A DNA stretch of 63,980 bases, filler included, from Octopus bimaculoides (lineage: Eukaryota): the NCBI RefSeq assembly GCF_001194135.2. It is 8 parts of 7 records of this genome, joined end to end, with 100 filler letters (N's around TTAATTAATTAA, not from the genome) between each part and the next. Parts side by side here need not be neighbours in the genome. Positions count along the whole stretch, not along the records: positions 45,570 to 51,879 come from NC_068987.1; positions 51,980 to 59,045 come from NC_068991.1; positions 59,146 to 62,772 come from NC_068999.1; positions 62,873 to 63,980 come from NW_026439160.1; 4 more parts are not named here. One strand, 5' to 3'. Under the pieces are notes generated by a model. The model was given only the letters and a program-made list of their open reading frames with translations. It did no database searches and was not told the DNA's origin. Position 1 is the stretch's first letter. Every line of letters begins with the position of its first letter. Positions 51,380 to 63,539 of this stretch are shown one piece after another. The position numbers and the translations under genes were made by a program.

Positions 51380-51533
51380 GTGTTTGCAAGACACACACAC
51401 ACACATATATATATATATATGTTGTTGTACTTGGGGATGGTCATATTACCAGTTTAGCCAATAAAACACACGCACTGTATATTTGGTGTTAATTTGCTCC
51501 AGCTTTATATTGCATTAATCTTAATCTTATTTC

Positions 51534-51578
51534 GGCCAGAGTTCTTTCGTCACACTTCTGTGACCTCATCAGTGGTCC
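51534..51578 (-). ncRNA. Compact hammerhead-like motif, CUC site
   Basis: 5'-GG(A)CCA CUGAUGA G GUCACA GAAG UGUGAC GAAA G AA CUC UGGCC-3'. Stem II is 6 bp; stem III has only a 2-nt loop. Confidence 0.45.
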
Positions 51579-52483
51579 TTTGTTTCCGTCTTTCTTATGT
51601 GTGTCTCACCTTGCTAACTATCAGCCATTTTGTATTTTGTATTCCTACTGTATGTGTCTACGCATGCGTGTCCTTCAATGTTTCTATGTCTTTTGTAAGT
51701 GCATGTGTGTATGGGGAGTGTCTGTATCACCTATATTCTCTGTTAATACGTGTTCGTTTGTATTTGTTTTTATTTATGTATTTGTTCATGTGTGTTTCTT
51801 TGTTTTTTTTTTGTGTGTTTAATTAAATTTTGTTAACGTATGTAGTATTTAATTCCATTTGTTTATCTATGTATTGTATNNNNNNNNNNNNNNNNNNNNN
51901 NNNNNNNNNNNNNNNNNNNNNNNTTAATTAATTAANNNNNNNNNNNNNNNNNNNNNNNNNNNNNNNNNNNNNNNNNNNNATTGTAGATTTTAAATATTTG
52001 AGAGACAACAATGCATAAATCGTAATTTTTAAAAGAGCAATGAATTCTAGGTTAATAGAATATAACGTAGCATGAATTTAGGAAGCTTAGAAAATGAATA
52101 AGTATGAATTTAAGACAACAACTGAATTCAATTGAATTTCATGGAGAGAAACAAGATAAATAATAGAGGGCAAACTAAAGCGCGAAGGTATGAGATGTTT
52201 GAGGCCGTAAATATATATATAAATATGTATGTATGTATATATGTATGTATGTATATATGTATGTATATGTGTATATGTATGTATATGTGTATATATATAT
52301 ATGTATATGTATATGTGTATGTGTGCATGTATGCATATGTATTGTATTTGAATATGTGTTTGTTAATTATATTATATGTATGTATCTTCCCATACACATG
52401 CACTCACGTATGTGTATGTGTGTGTGTATGTATGTGTGTATATTTTTATGTGTTAGGTGTATATGTATTTATTCCTTGCTAAT

Positions 52484-53095
52484 GTTTTTAACTAAATTCT
52501 TAAATACAATGGGGGGATGGCAGGAACCTACATTAATATAGCTAAGTCTATCGTTGGGCTTTCTATAGGGTTTGTAAATATTCTTATTTAAATCTAAAGA
52601 TACATCTAGGAAATTGATAAAAGTCAGGTTGGTATCTGTTGTTATGCTAAGATTGAATGTTTTCATCATTTGGATAATGTCCTTCCTAAACCAATCTTGT
52701 ACTGGTCCATTGGTTCTTTGTAGTTAAAGCCAGAGCATCATCTCTGTAAATGGCGATATATATACTAGGAAAAGTTTTACCCAATGTATCAAGTAGGAAT
52801 AGTCCAATGAGATCGTATATGCCTGCTCCATCATATGATCCTATGCTCACATCGAAGGCACCCTCTGGAACTGGACCTAATCCTTGGGACCGTATTCCTC
52901 ACCACGAGGAGAGTGGATAACTGAGGCCATTCTAGAGTTAATTTTAACCCACTCTGCGTTCTCACTAAAGAGTAAAGTCTTTCTAGCATTGAATATTATG
53001 TCCTTATCTTGCGAAGGTGAGGGCTTTATTGAGCAGTTCCTCAGAGATATCAATTATTCTATGAAAAAAACTATCCAGGGAACTATACTCTAAGA
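52484..53095 (-). mobile_element. Penelope-like RT fragment, inverted copy that retains YRDD
   Basis: SEELLNKALTFA..DKDIIFNARKTLL / GAFDVSIGSYDGAGIYDLIGLFLL..IAIYRDDALA (YRDD at 52737-52748) / INFLDVSLDL..YKPYRKPND.LSYINVGSCHPP. Confidence 0.85.
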
Positions 53096-53099
53096 AACT

Positions 53100-55216
53100 T
53101 TTGGAGAAAATTACAAACCCTATTAAGTGTATGAGATGGGAAGCCTTCTTTTACAACATGGAAGAGGCTACTACAGAGAACATATTTTATGGAATTCAAT
53201 CAAAGAAATTCCTTCCTAAAGTCAAGGACTTAGATGACTTCGAAACGGACCTACTGAAGCTTATAAACAAAATAAAATTTCCTAAGTCTTTCAACACTTT
53301 CCAACAGAAACTGAAAAATGACATCAAATACATAAAAAGTTCCAAAAGAACGGCACTTTTTTCTGATAAAACCAAGAACTTATAACTTGTAGAAAACAGC
53401 ACATACTCATGACTTCTACATAACAACATTATTAGTAATTACACTAAAGCTAGACCACAAGTTTATAACGACATTAATAAAGAAGCTAGCATCATCGCCG
53501 CTAGAGGTCCTCCCCCAAAAAGAGGCCTTAATAACTATTAAAGACCATAAAAAGAACATCCCATCTAATCCTAAATGTAGACTTATTAACCCAGCAAAAT
53601 CAGAAATTGGTATTATTAGTAAAGAAATTTTAGGAAAATTCAATGCTAAAGTCAGAAATGCTACTAGGTTAGTACAATGGTCCAATAGTAAAGAAGTTGT
53701 TAGCTGGTCTAAAGCCATTAGGAATAAGAATAAAGCGAGATTTACACAATTTGATATTGTAGATTTCTATGCTTCTATCTCAAAGGAACTGCTCAATAAA
53801 GCCCTCACCATCGCAGGGAATTTATAGAAATTAGTGCACAAGATAAGGACATCATATTCCATGCTAGAAAGACTTTACTCTTCGGTGAGAGTGCAGAGCG
53901 GGTTAAGACAACCGAGACAGAGGGTGTCTTCGATGTGAGCATAGGATCATATGATGGAGCAGGCATATGTGATCTCATTGGACTATTCCTACTCAACAAT
54001 AGATACCAACCTGACTGTTATCAATTTCCTAGATGTATCTTTAGATTTAAATAAGAATATTTACAAACCCTATAGAAAGCCCAACGGTAGACTTAGCTAT
54101 ATTAATGTAGGTTCCAGCCATACCCCATAGTATTTAAGAATTTAGTTAAAAACATTAGCAAGAGAATTTCTAGCCTCTCCTCCAATATAAACATTTTTAA
54201 TAGTGTTGCCCCAATATATAATAAAGCTCTAAAAGATAGTGGTTCTAGCGAGGAAATAACCTATACAACTATCATTAGTCCGGTAACAAAGAAAAGTAAA
54301 AATAGGAATAGGAAAATTATCTGGTTCACACACCCCTACTCCCCCGAAATGACCTTTAATATAGGTTGATATTTCTTATCCCTTATAGATAGGCATTTTC
54401 CAATCAATCATAATTATAGAAAGCTCTTTAATAGGCACAACTTAAAAATTAGTTTTAGTTCTACTAATAACTTCAAAAATATAATTGCACATAACAAACA
54501 AAAACAACAAAATGAAGCCGGCAGTTCCTGCAGAGTTAAAAATTTGTGCCTGCTAAATGTAGCTTGTATGACGAGGCCATCATTTATAAAACCACCGTAG
54601 ATTCTACAACCACTAAGGACATAGTTTTGTCAAAGAAATATGTGGGTCTCACAGAGGGGAATTTCAAAGTCAGGTTCAACAATCACACCTTAAACTTCAG
54701 ACACTGGAATAAAAGGAAAACAACCAAATTATCCAGTTATATATGGTCCTTATAAGAAAAAGGCGTCAGCTATAAGATTTACTGGAAGATCTTGACCAAG
54801 TGTAAACCTTACACCAATGGCAGTGGAAAGTGCGATATGGAAAGATGGCTTATCAGGAAAAGTTCCTTAGACCCCGCTACATGTCTAAATTCAAGAACTG
54901 AACTTTTTGGGTCATGTCCACATATGGTAAAACATTTGCTACGTTTTTGGACCCCCCCCCCCCAAGATCACAGACAGAACCTGCTTTTTATATTATGTCC
55001 ACGTACAAGCCTTTCATATGTCTTAACATCTCACATATTTATATATATTTTATTACTTTATATATATTTTTTCTGCATATTATTTTTCACCCTTTATAAT
55101 TGTAGTATATACCTAATGTATATGTATGTGCATATATACATGTGTACGAATGATTGTATATATATATATGAGTGCAAGACTCTACCTGTTGTACTTGTCT
55201 CCTTCCTTCATACATA
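53100..55216 (+). mobile_element. Penelope-like element (RT + C-terminal GIY-YIG), pseudogene; Neptune/Nematis-like by inference
   Basis: IKCMRWEAFF..DKTKNLY / AFITIKDHK..CRLINPAKSEIG / FDIVDFYASIS / FDVSIGSYDG / IIYKTTV..KKYVGLTEGNFKVRFNNH..TKLSSYIWSL / CLNSRTELFGSCPH. The YRDD segment is deleted at about 54000. Confidence 0.9.
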
Positions 55217-55218
55217 TA

Positions 55219-56595
55219 CAGTGAGGGGAAATAAATATTCGTACATGTCAAAATTCTTTATTTATTTAATTTCTAATGAACATAAATGGGATATACCAAT
55301 ACTATATTTGCATACACATGCATAAACTAAGAATATGCAAAAGAAACTAATAAATTATAGTAATTAATGAATTTATATACAATTATAAATATTTAGGGGT
55401 GAAAAAAGTATTCGTACAGAATAAATTTATGCCACAAAATACTGTTAAAATAATTTTTTTTTTACTAGAACTTTCTCATTTGTTCCAATAATCTTATCAG
55501 TGGTCATTTTTAAGTGTCAAAACGCTAGCTTCTTCATTCAGCACTGAGACAACATAAAGTAGTGTCGTAATAATGGCGAAAAGTAAAGAACTCACAAATT
55601 CAGTGAAAAACTTAATTATTGAACAGTGGAAAGCAGGTAAAAGTTACAGGAAAATATCAGAGACCCTTTGTATTCCATTTTCTACCATATCTTCATTTAT
55701 TCAAAGATATAAAAAATTGGGAACTGTTGAAAACAGAATAAGATCCGGTGCACCACTCAAGATTTCCCCTAGATCTTTAAGAAAAATGAAGTGAAGTATC
55801 AAAAAAAAACAAAAAAACGCAATGATCACCAGAAAGAAGTTGCAAGAAGATTTGTTAGCTTCAGGGACTATTGTTACACTATGAACAATCAGCAATGAAC
55901 TTCATAGGAATGAACTGAAGTCATGTTCTAGAAAAACTCCACTGTTGACTAAAAGGCATAGAGATGCCCGTTTAAAATCTGATACATTCTGGAAAAATGT
56001 TCTTTGAACAGATGAGTTGAAAATTGAATTGTTTGGACGAAATTCGCGTAGCCATGTTTGGAGGAAAGATGATACCACCTATTCGCCAAAAAACACAATT
56101 CCTACTGTAAAGTTTGGAGGTGGCAACATCATTGTGTAGGTGTGTTTCTCTGCAAATGGCACTGGCAATTTACATGTGATAGATGGTAGAATGAATGCAG
56201 AGATGTACCAAAATATTTTGAACAATAATTTATGGGACTCTGTAGAAAANNNNNNNNNNNNNNNNNNNNNNNNNNNNNNNNNNNNNNNNNNNNNNNNNNN
56301 NNNNTTTGAAGAAAATTTGTCAATTTGGTTGAAGTGGAACTGAATAATGGTTATGCTACGAAGTATTAAATCAGAATTATCAGTTATTTATGTTCTGTAC
56401 GAATACTTTTTTCACCCCTAAATATTTATATTTGTATATAAATTCATTAGTTACTATAATTTATTAGTTTCTTTTGCATATTCTTAGTTTATGCATGTGT
56501 ATGCAAATATAATATTGGTATATCCCATTTATGTTCATTAGAAATTAAATAAATAAAGAATTTTGACATATACGAATATTTATTTCCCCCCACTG
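55219..56595 (+). mobile_element. Tc1-family transposon with IR/DR-type TIRs of about 205 bp; transposase pseudogene
   Basis: TA|CAGTGAGGGG...CCCCCCACTG|TA. Outer and inner direct repeats AAATATTCGTACA / [78 protein letters not shown]. Cut by the gap at 56250-56324. Confidence 0.92.
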
Positions 56596-56857
56596 TATGT
56601 ATGTATATACGTTTATATATCTGCAGGTGTAGATGTGTTTGGCAAACAGGAGGGTGTATTTATGTACATACATATATAACTCATTTGTATATTCAAGTTT
56701 TGCGGCAAATGTGAATGTTTTACGGTTTATGTTTTTTGCGTACATGTTTTTATGGTGATCTTTCAATACCAGTACAAAATATCGGCCTTTTCCGTAAAAA
56801 GTGTCTTCGGCGATCTTTACCAAAGATCGGCCTTTTTCGTACTGGTATTGAAAGATC

Positions 56858-56985
56858 GCCTTTAGATGTAAATTTAGATTTAGAGTCGGATAAATACAAA
56901 CCTTACCGTAAGCCTAATGATAAGCTATCTTATATTGGCAAAGAATCCAATCATCCAATCATTCTTAGGAACTTAGTAATGTAGG
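56858..56985 (+). mobile_element. Short fragment of another PLE RT thumb region
   Basis: LDVNLDLESDKYKPYRKPNDKLSYIGKESNHP, homologous to the 54030-54130 region. Confidence 0.7.
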
Positions 56986-56999
56986 TAGATGAATATCGT

Positions 57000-57150
57000 C
57001 AATTTCACGGCAAGAGGTGCAAATGAGGGTAGCTACATCAAACTCCATTCTTCACCAAGTGCCACATATTGGAAGAGGCTCTCAGTCATAACAGTGTAAC
57101 AAAACAGCGGTGCATCGGCATGGCCTTAGCTCTGAGCTGAAACTATAGAA
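57000..57150 (+). mobile_element. Retroposon 3' end sharing the family C tail motif
   Basis: CGGTGCATCGGCATGGCCTTAGCTCTGAGCTGAAACTATAG plus an A-run, versus CGGTGCTCCAGCATGGCCACAGTCAAATGACTGAAACAAG at about 5208. Confidence 0.5.
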
Positions 57151-57818
57151 AAAAAAATCATTTAATTTTTAGACAATTCGATATAGGGTGTTCTATTTTG
57201 CATGTCTTTTATCTGAATTTTATTATTATAAACTCAACAGTTTTTTAAAAATGTTGTTTGTATATATACGTCAGGATCTAGATATGTTTTTATGTGGTTG
57301 TCTGTATTGTAGGCATGCATATGTATATGTGTAAGTAAGCGTGTATGTTTATACTTTTGCACATACATACATGGATGTATATGTGTGCATGTATTTGCTT
57401 ATATTTGTATGAAAGTGTATTTGCATGCATATTTCTATATATGATGTCTTGCAAACATGCAAGTGCTACCAGTCGAGAACTCCACATACCGGAAGCCAGC
57501 AAGTGTATGGGGTCATCAGGAGAGAATGCGCGCCGTTTCGGGGCCTACCTCTCGACGGCATCAATGTGCACCCCCTCACTGATATGAGGCCCCGTTTGCT
57601 AGATCAACTGGTTATTAAAAACAAAGCTCAATATTTCTCTAGCCATTGCTCATCGTCTCTTTTTAACCAAATCCAGTGGCTAGCCTTCTCCACTGTATTT
57701 TGGATATCGGTCATGATGGTATTTACCTTACGATGAGTTAGGCCTAATGATAAACAGCAGTTATATGTTATATATGTAATCTTATATGTGTATTTATGCT
57801 AATATACACTTTTGTATA

Positions 57819-59045
57819 CTGTAAATCCTCAAGTATAGTCCGCCCTTGAGTATAATACGCAAGGGATTTTTAGGGAGCTGTACCTCTGAAAAACCTAAAC
57901 CTTGTGTATAATACGCATCCCTTCTCTAACTTGAGTCAAAGAGGTCTATATAATGTCCTTGGTTTGTAAACATAAATACAGTAACGTCCTTTATTATTAT
58001 TGCATATATAACATAATGCAAACGTGTAGCTTTTTTGTGCACTTTGTTTGCAGAAAATAAAGAAATAACAGTAATAACGTCAGGTTGGGAGCGCGAAGCC
58101 TTCCACCTTTAGTGAACGACTTTTCTCCAGTCAACATCCATTCAGTCCATAAATCACGCAATTTGTTTTTAATCGGTTTGTTAATAGAGACATCTAATGG
58201 CTGCAATATGGAGGTCATACCCTCTGGAATGATACCAACATCTGTTTTGTGACGTTTTTTTTAAATGCTTGAGTTTACCTTCACTTCTGTGGCAACTAAA
58301 AGCATCTAGTACAAGCAAGTTGTTCTGTTTAATTGCTCCACCAGGACAATTTCCCCATACAGTGTCAATCCAATCTCTAAATAACTCATCATCCATCCAG
58401 CCTTTTTGTTGATATCTAATAATAATCCCTGTTGAAAATTTCACGTTTTTGGGTGCTGTTTTATGTTTGAATATTATATACGGTTTAAGTTTGGTACTGT
58501 CAGCCATACAAGCTAACATGATGGTAAAACGATTTTTTTCATGGCTTGTGGTTTTAATTGTAATTGACGATGTACCACTGAAATCTATTGTGCTATCTAC
58601 AGGCATATCAAAAGTTAATGGGGTCTGGTCCGCATTACCAATCAATGACAATGGGTAATCCTTTTTCCGTCGCATTTTAATAATAAACTTTTGAAAGTTC
58701 ATTAACTTCTCTTCAATATCAGCTGGTAACTTTTGTGAAATGTGGGTTCGCCTCCTAATAGACAAGTCATGCCTTGACATAAAGTTACTGGCCCAGCCAT
58801 GTGATGCTTTAAATCCCGACTCATTAAGTTTTATCTTTTTAGCAATGAGTTTTGCCTGTAACCTCAAATGTACTGTATTAATGGCTATTCCACCAAATCT
58901 TCTTCCTTCTACCCATTCAAGCAAAATTTTTTCAAGCTTAGGATGTTTGGCTTTTTTTCCCCTTCTTGCCTTCTTTATCTTTGGCATCTGTTTAATTTCA
59001 TCTTTATATCTTCTCCATAACCTGACATTGCTTTCATCAACATCA
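57819..59045 (-). mobile_element. pogo-superfamily (POGK/Passer-like) transposon: HTH, CENP-B HTH and DDE domains, frameshifted
   Basis: Open from the gap: DVDESNVRLWRR.K..MPK..KHPKLEKILLEWV..FKASHGW..F..RH.LSIRRRT..GNADQTP..LVLDAFSCH, then a frameshift at an A-run, then MTSILQPLDVSINKP. Terminus TA|CTGTAAATCCTCAAGTATAGTCC with repeated GTATAATACGCA. Confidence 0.9.
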
Positions 59046-59214
59046 NNNNNNNNNNNNNNNNNNNNNNNNNNNNNNNNNNNNNNNNNNNNTTAATTAATTA
59101 ANNNNNNNNNNNNNNNNNNNNNNNNNNNNNNNNNNNNNNNNNNNNTACAATAGAATAATATAAATAAATAAATAAATAAACTGCGATTAAAAGTTGATTA
59201 AAAATATTAGAGAC

Positions 59215-59409
59215 CGATACTTCAGACTTATCGTCTGATGAATTTACTTTGTTGACATTCTTCATCGACAGAATTTTTATACCTTCCAACCATTCAGTCA
59301 AGTCCGCCTTTCTTCCAGCAACATACTGTCCATATAATCTTAAATATTTCTTTAACTCAGGCACAGTAAGTACTTCGATAGCTGAATCATCGAGCTGCTT
59401 TATATCCAT
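59215..59409 (-). CDS. SAP-domain-containing ORF or first exon, probably a transposon accessory gene
   Basis: MDIKQLDDSAIEVLTVPELKKYLRLYGQYVAGRKADLTEWLEGIK fits the SAP pattern LTVxELKxxLxxxGxxxxGxKxxL. A possible GT donor at about 59220 precedes AT-rich sequence. Confidence 0.5.
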
Positions 59410-59713
59410 GATAAGACGTAAAACAATAACAATAGCGTGGATAGTCTGCGGAAGTTTAATTGTCCACATGGAGCGCCGCCTAGCCAAGGGAGATAACCTA
59501 CTTATAGGAAAGCCCTATAGTAAATTATTTTAAAGGCATATTTTACGAAGTGCAAACATTATATGATATAGAAACGCGGTAAGCAGCGTAGAGTGAACAA
59601 ATACGTTTAGGATATCAAAAGTCGACGGTGTACTCAGACTTACAACCCAAGTCTGGCTCTTCACGACTGTCAGGAACATCTCTTTAGGGTCAAAACTCTA
59701 CGTAGCGTGCTAC

Positions 59714-59746
<33 letters not shown>

Positions 59747-61036
59747 CACACGCGCACACACATACGTACATGCATACATACATACACATTCACACAAACA
59801 CATACATGTATATACATATATGTTCAAAACTTTATTGACAATAAAATGTACCTCACTGAGGAGTTTTAATATGGCCGAAACATATCTTTAAATATGAAGT
59901 TCACTTCAATCTCCACCGTGTACATTGTCCATCAGCTTCGTTCAACTGATTTTAATGGATTCATTTCCCTTGTCTGTTTTTGTTCACACCAATTTTAGTC
60001 CTCCTCTGAAGGGAGTTTTGTCCATAAATTGTTTAAACGAGTTTAGTTTATCGAAGAATATTCACTTGATGTAAAACCTTAAACAAAGGCGATATGAAAT
60101 AAAGAAGTTGCAGAAATAACTACGAAGGTTTGTCATGGCTGGAATGGTGTTTGATTATGATGCAACTTCACCAGCGCAAACTTGAAAACAAGAGAATATC
60201 AACAACAGTAACAAGAATAATAACGAACAATAAACAAGAGAAAGTCAGAAACAAAGAAACAAATATACAGGCTGACAAAGCGGTCTGTTGTAGTTGCTGT
60301 TGTTGTAGTTGCTGTTATTGTTGTTGTTGTTGTTGTTATATAGATGTATGTTAAATAATGAAGAGTATTGTAGAACTGTGCTGAGAATATATTATTGTCA
60401 TAATTGAATAAGAAACGATTTCTTTTCACACTTCACCAACACACGCTCTTCCTCCTCTTCCCCCCTCCTCCTCCTCCTCCTCCTCATCATCACCCCCACC
60501 CCCGCTTCGTTTCCCTTTTCTCCTCCTTCGTTCCTCTTCCTCTTAATGTCGATGGCGCTTTTTGTTTGTATTTTTATCGATGGTTGTTCCGACATATTTG
60601 AAAGAATAGCTTTTCACACTTGCCAAATTACGTGCCGTCAATTTACAAGTTACTCGGAGAAGAAAGACAACGTTTGCGGCGACAAAATGTTATTCAGTAT
60701 GTGTGTGTGTGTGNNNNNNNNNNNNNNNNNNNNNNNNNNNNNNNNNNNNNNNNNNNNNNNNNNNNNNNNNNNNNNNNNNNNNNNNNNNNNNNNNNNNNNN
60801 NNNNNNNNNNNNNNNNNNNNNNNNNNNNNNNNNNNNNNNNNNNNNNNNNNNNNNNNNNNNNNNNNNNNNNNNNNNNNNNNNNNNNNNNNNNNNNNNNNGT
60901 TTCTTTCCTTTATTCTCTTTCATTCCACCTTTCTTTTTCCCCCTCACTCTGTCTGGCTTTCTCTCTATCTCAGTGAGACTGTGTCTCAGGAGAGGCTGTA
61001 GATAGAAAATGATTTCTTCTGAGAACAGTTCGGAGT

Positions 61037-61070
61037 GGGCATGGGGCATGGGGCATGGGGCATGGGGCAT
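61037..61070 (+). repeat. (GGGGCAT)n 7-bp minisatellite
   Basis: GGGCAT followed by four GGGGCAT units. Confidence 0.9.
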
Positions 61071-61249
61071 CGGCCAATGTGTTATCGATAAGCACTAGAA
61101 ATATGCGCATGTATGTGTATGCATGTATGTATGTATGCATGTGTGTAGGCATATGTATAAGTGTGTGTGTGTATGTCACAAATAGACACATTAACTTCAT
61201 AAGGTACATTTTATTAATTCATTTACTCACGGCATTTATACATACCAAC

Positions 61250-61572
61250 ATAAATGGTATAAAAATGTTCCTGGATTAGTTATGTTTAATAAAAGAATAA
61301 CTTATTTAGCTAAGTTTTAAGATCGTCTTCTTCAAAATAGTCACCTTACGCAGTAATACACTGGTCCCTGCATTCCCGTCACTTTTGGCCTGGAAGTCGT
61401 CTTCTGTAAGCGAGTTGAAGACCTGCGATTCGCTCTGGATCTCGATAACGGGGTTAAAACTGCGACCTTCAAACAGATTTTCCTCTTGAGGAAGAAATGG
61501 AAGTCCGCAGGTGCTAAATTTGGTGAATACGGCGGTTACGGAAGCGATACCATGCGGTTTTTGGCAAACTTA
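61250..61572 (-). mobile_element. Mariner 3' end remnant
   Basis: KFAKNRMVSLP*PPYSPNLAPADFHFF (YSPDLAP motif), and the antisense of GDYFEEDD at about 61320-61345. Confidence 0.8.
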
Positions 61573-62030
61573 GACGACCTTTCTGATGATGTGAGAGTAG
61601 ATTATATCCACAAGAATACAACTTGCTTGTTCCAGTCAAGGACTCAAGGTGTAATTGTTAACATCAGGGTATTTGATATGAGAAGAACTTTGAAACAACT
61701 TATCAAAGCAATTGGCAGGTACGACAAACCTATAGTTCGAGAGACTTCCAAAAGAAATTCAACAGAACGGATGCTGTGGATAATATAGCTGAGTCATGGG
61801 ATGAAGTGAATCCCTTGACTTAAAATAGAGCTTGGAAAAGTATTAGGCCAGACTGTATCAGTGACATTACAAGTTTTCTACCAGCAGAACGTCTACATCA
61901 TATTTGGAAAAATATTGTGAGACTTGCAAAGGATGTAGGATTTGAATTTCTAGTGTCCCAGAGAGAAAGTTTTTCCAACAGCTGATGCTGTAAGAAGATG
62001 AAAGAGCTTTAGAATACAGAGGAGACAACG
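61573..62030 (+). mobile_element. Tigger-like (pogo family) transposase C-terminal fragment
   Basis: VRVDYIHKNTTCLFQSRTQGVI (compare V.FLPPNTTSL.QPMDQGVI), RRTLKQLIKAI, DAVDNIAESWDEV, NRAWKSIRPDC, NIVRLAKDVGFE. Confidence 0.75.
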
Positions 62031-62389
62031 AAAGTTCCATCTAAATAACTTATATTGACAGTAGAAATGAAAGGGTTGGTGTGTGACTGTGTGTCTATGT
62101 ATATGGATGTTAAAATAGGCCTAACAAGGGGGAAAGTAATTAGGAACCCACTGATCCTTTTAAATGAAGAATTTACAGAATAAATCTTCACCTACTCTAA
62201 TCTCATGACAAACTCGAAATCAGTTCTACGGGAGGGAATCGAGGAAATATTCTCGACTCCAATTTGAATTGAGATATGCGGAATGAAGTGTAATGCGGCA
62301 AGAAATATCACATCAAAGAGATGTCAGTAGATGTCAAAGAAGTGCAAATGAAATGAATGTTTCAGAGAGAAATAGAGAGGGAGGGAGGA

Positions 62390-62432
<43 letters not shown>

Positions 62433-62738
62433 AAGAGAGAGAGAGAAAGAGAGATTAATAGGATTTCGCGTTACGCTTTCTTTCTAGCAATGTCTACACG
62501 AACGTAGTTGACTAATACACACACTCACTCGCACGTATATAAATATATATTTATTTATACATTCACTTACACGAATATATATATATATATATATATTGTA
62601 TAATAAATATTACATCTTATAATATACATAAGCCTGTGTGCGTAAATTAAATAACTTTTAAAATCAGTAACAGATACACAAACACACACGCGAGAGAAAC
62701 GCACGCACACGCACGCACACACACACACACACACACAT

Positions 62739-62769
<31 letters not shown>

Positions 62770-63177
62770 AACNNNNNNNNNNNNNNNNNNNNNNNNNNNN
62801 NNNNNNNNNNNNNNNNTTAATTAATTAANNNNNNNNNNNNNNNNNNNNNNNNNNNNNNNNNNNNNNNNNNNNATATACATACATACATATCTATCTATCT
62901 ATCTATAGATAGATAGATAGATTGCTTACACATGTCCATACATTTATTGATATGTACACACACATACAAACATACCCACATTTATGATTACATGCACATA
63001 CATACACATAGACACATGCATGCACACATGCATGTGTGCATTTGTGTGTACGTGTGTGTTAATATTTCCTTCAGTGTCTGTAAGGTTCGTGTGTAAATAT
63101 GTGTTTGTGTGTATGTCTGTCTGTCTGTCTGTATGTATGTATGTATGTATGTANNNNNNNNNNTGTATGTATGTATG

Positions 63178-63208
<31 letters not shown>

Positions 63209-63539
63209 TGATGCGTTTACAGATTACCCTCCAGGTTTATAAGATTAGTTCTGTATATTTGTCGAATGACTAAATATTTATATTATTCAAATAGGCTGTA
63301 TATAACAGTATGTATAACAGGAAATTATATATATACTATTCCTATACATATACATACAATCACGTGTGTATGAAGGTATAATCAGTAACGCCTGGTGCAA
63401 CCCCTGATTTTAAGTTCCCTTGTCTCCGCCAGCCCACCCTCATGCTTATACAAAACTATACGGCAGACCCAAAAGTGCCGCGCCCACATAAAGCAACGCC
63501 CGGAGAAGACCGACCCTCTCGCACTTCCGAGATACGGTT

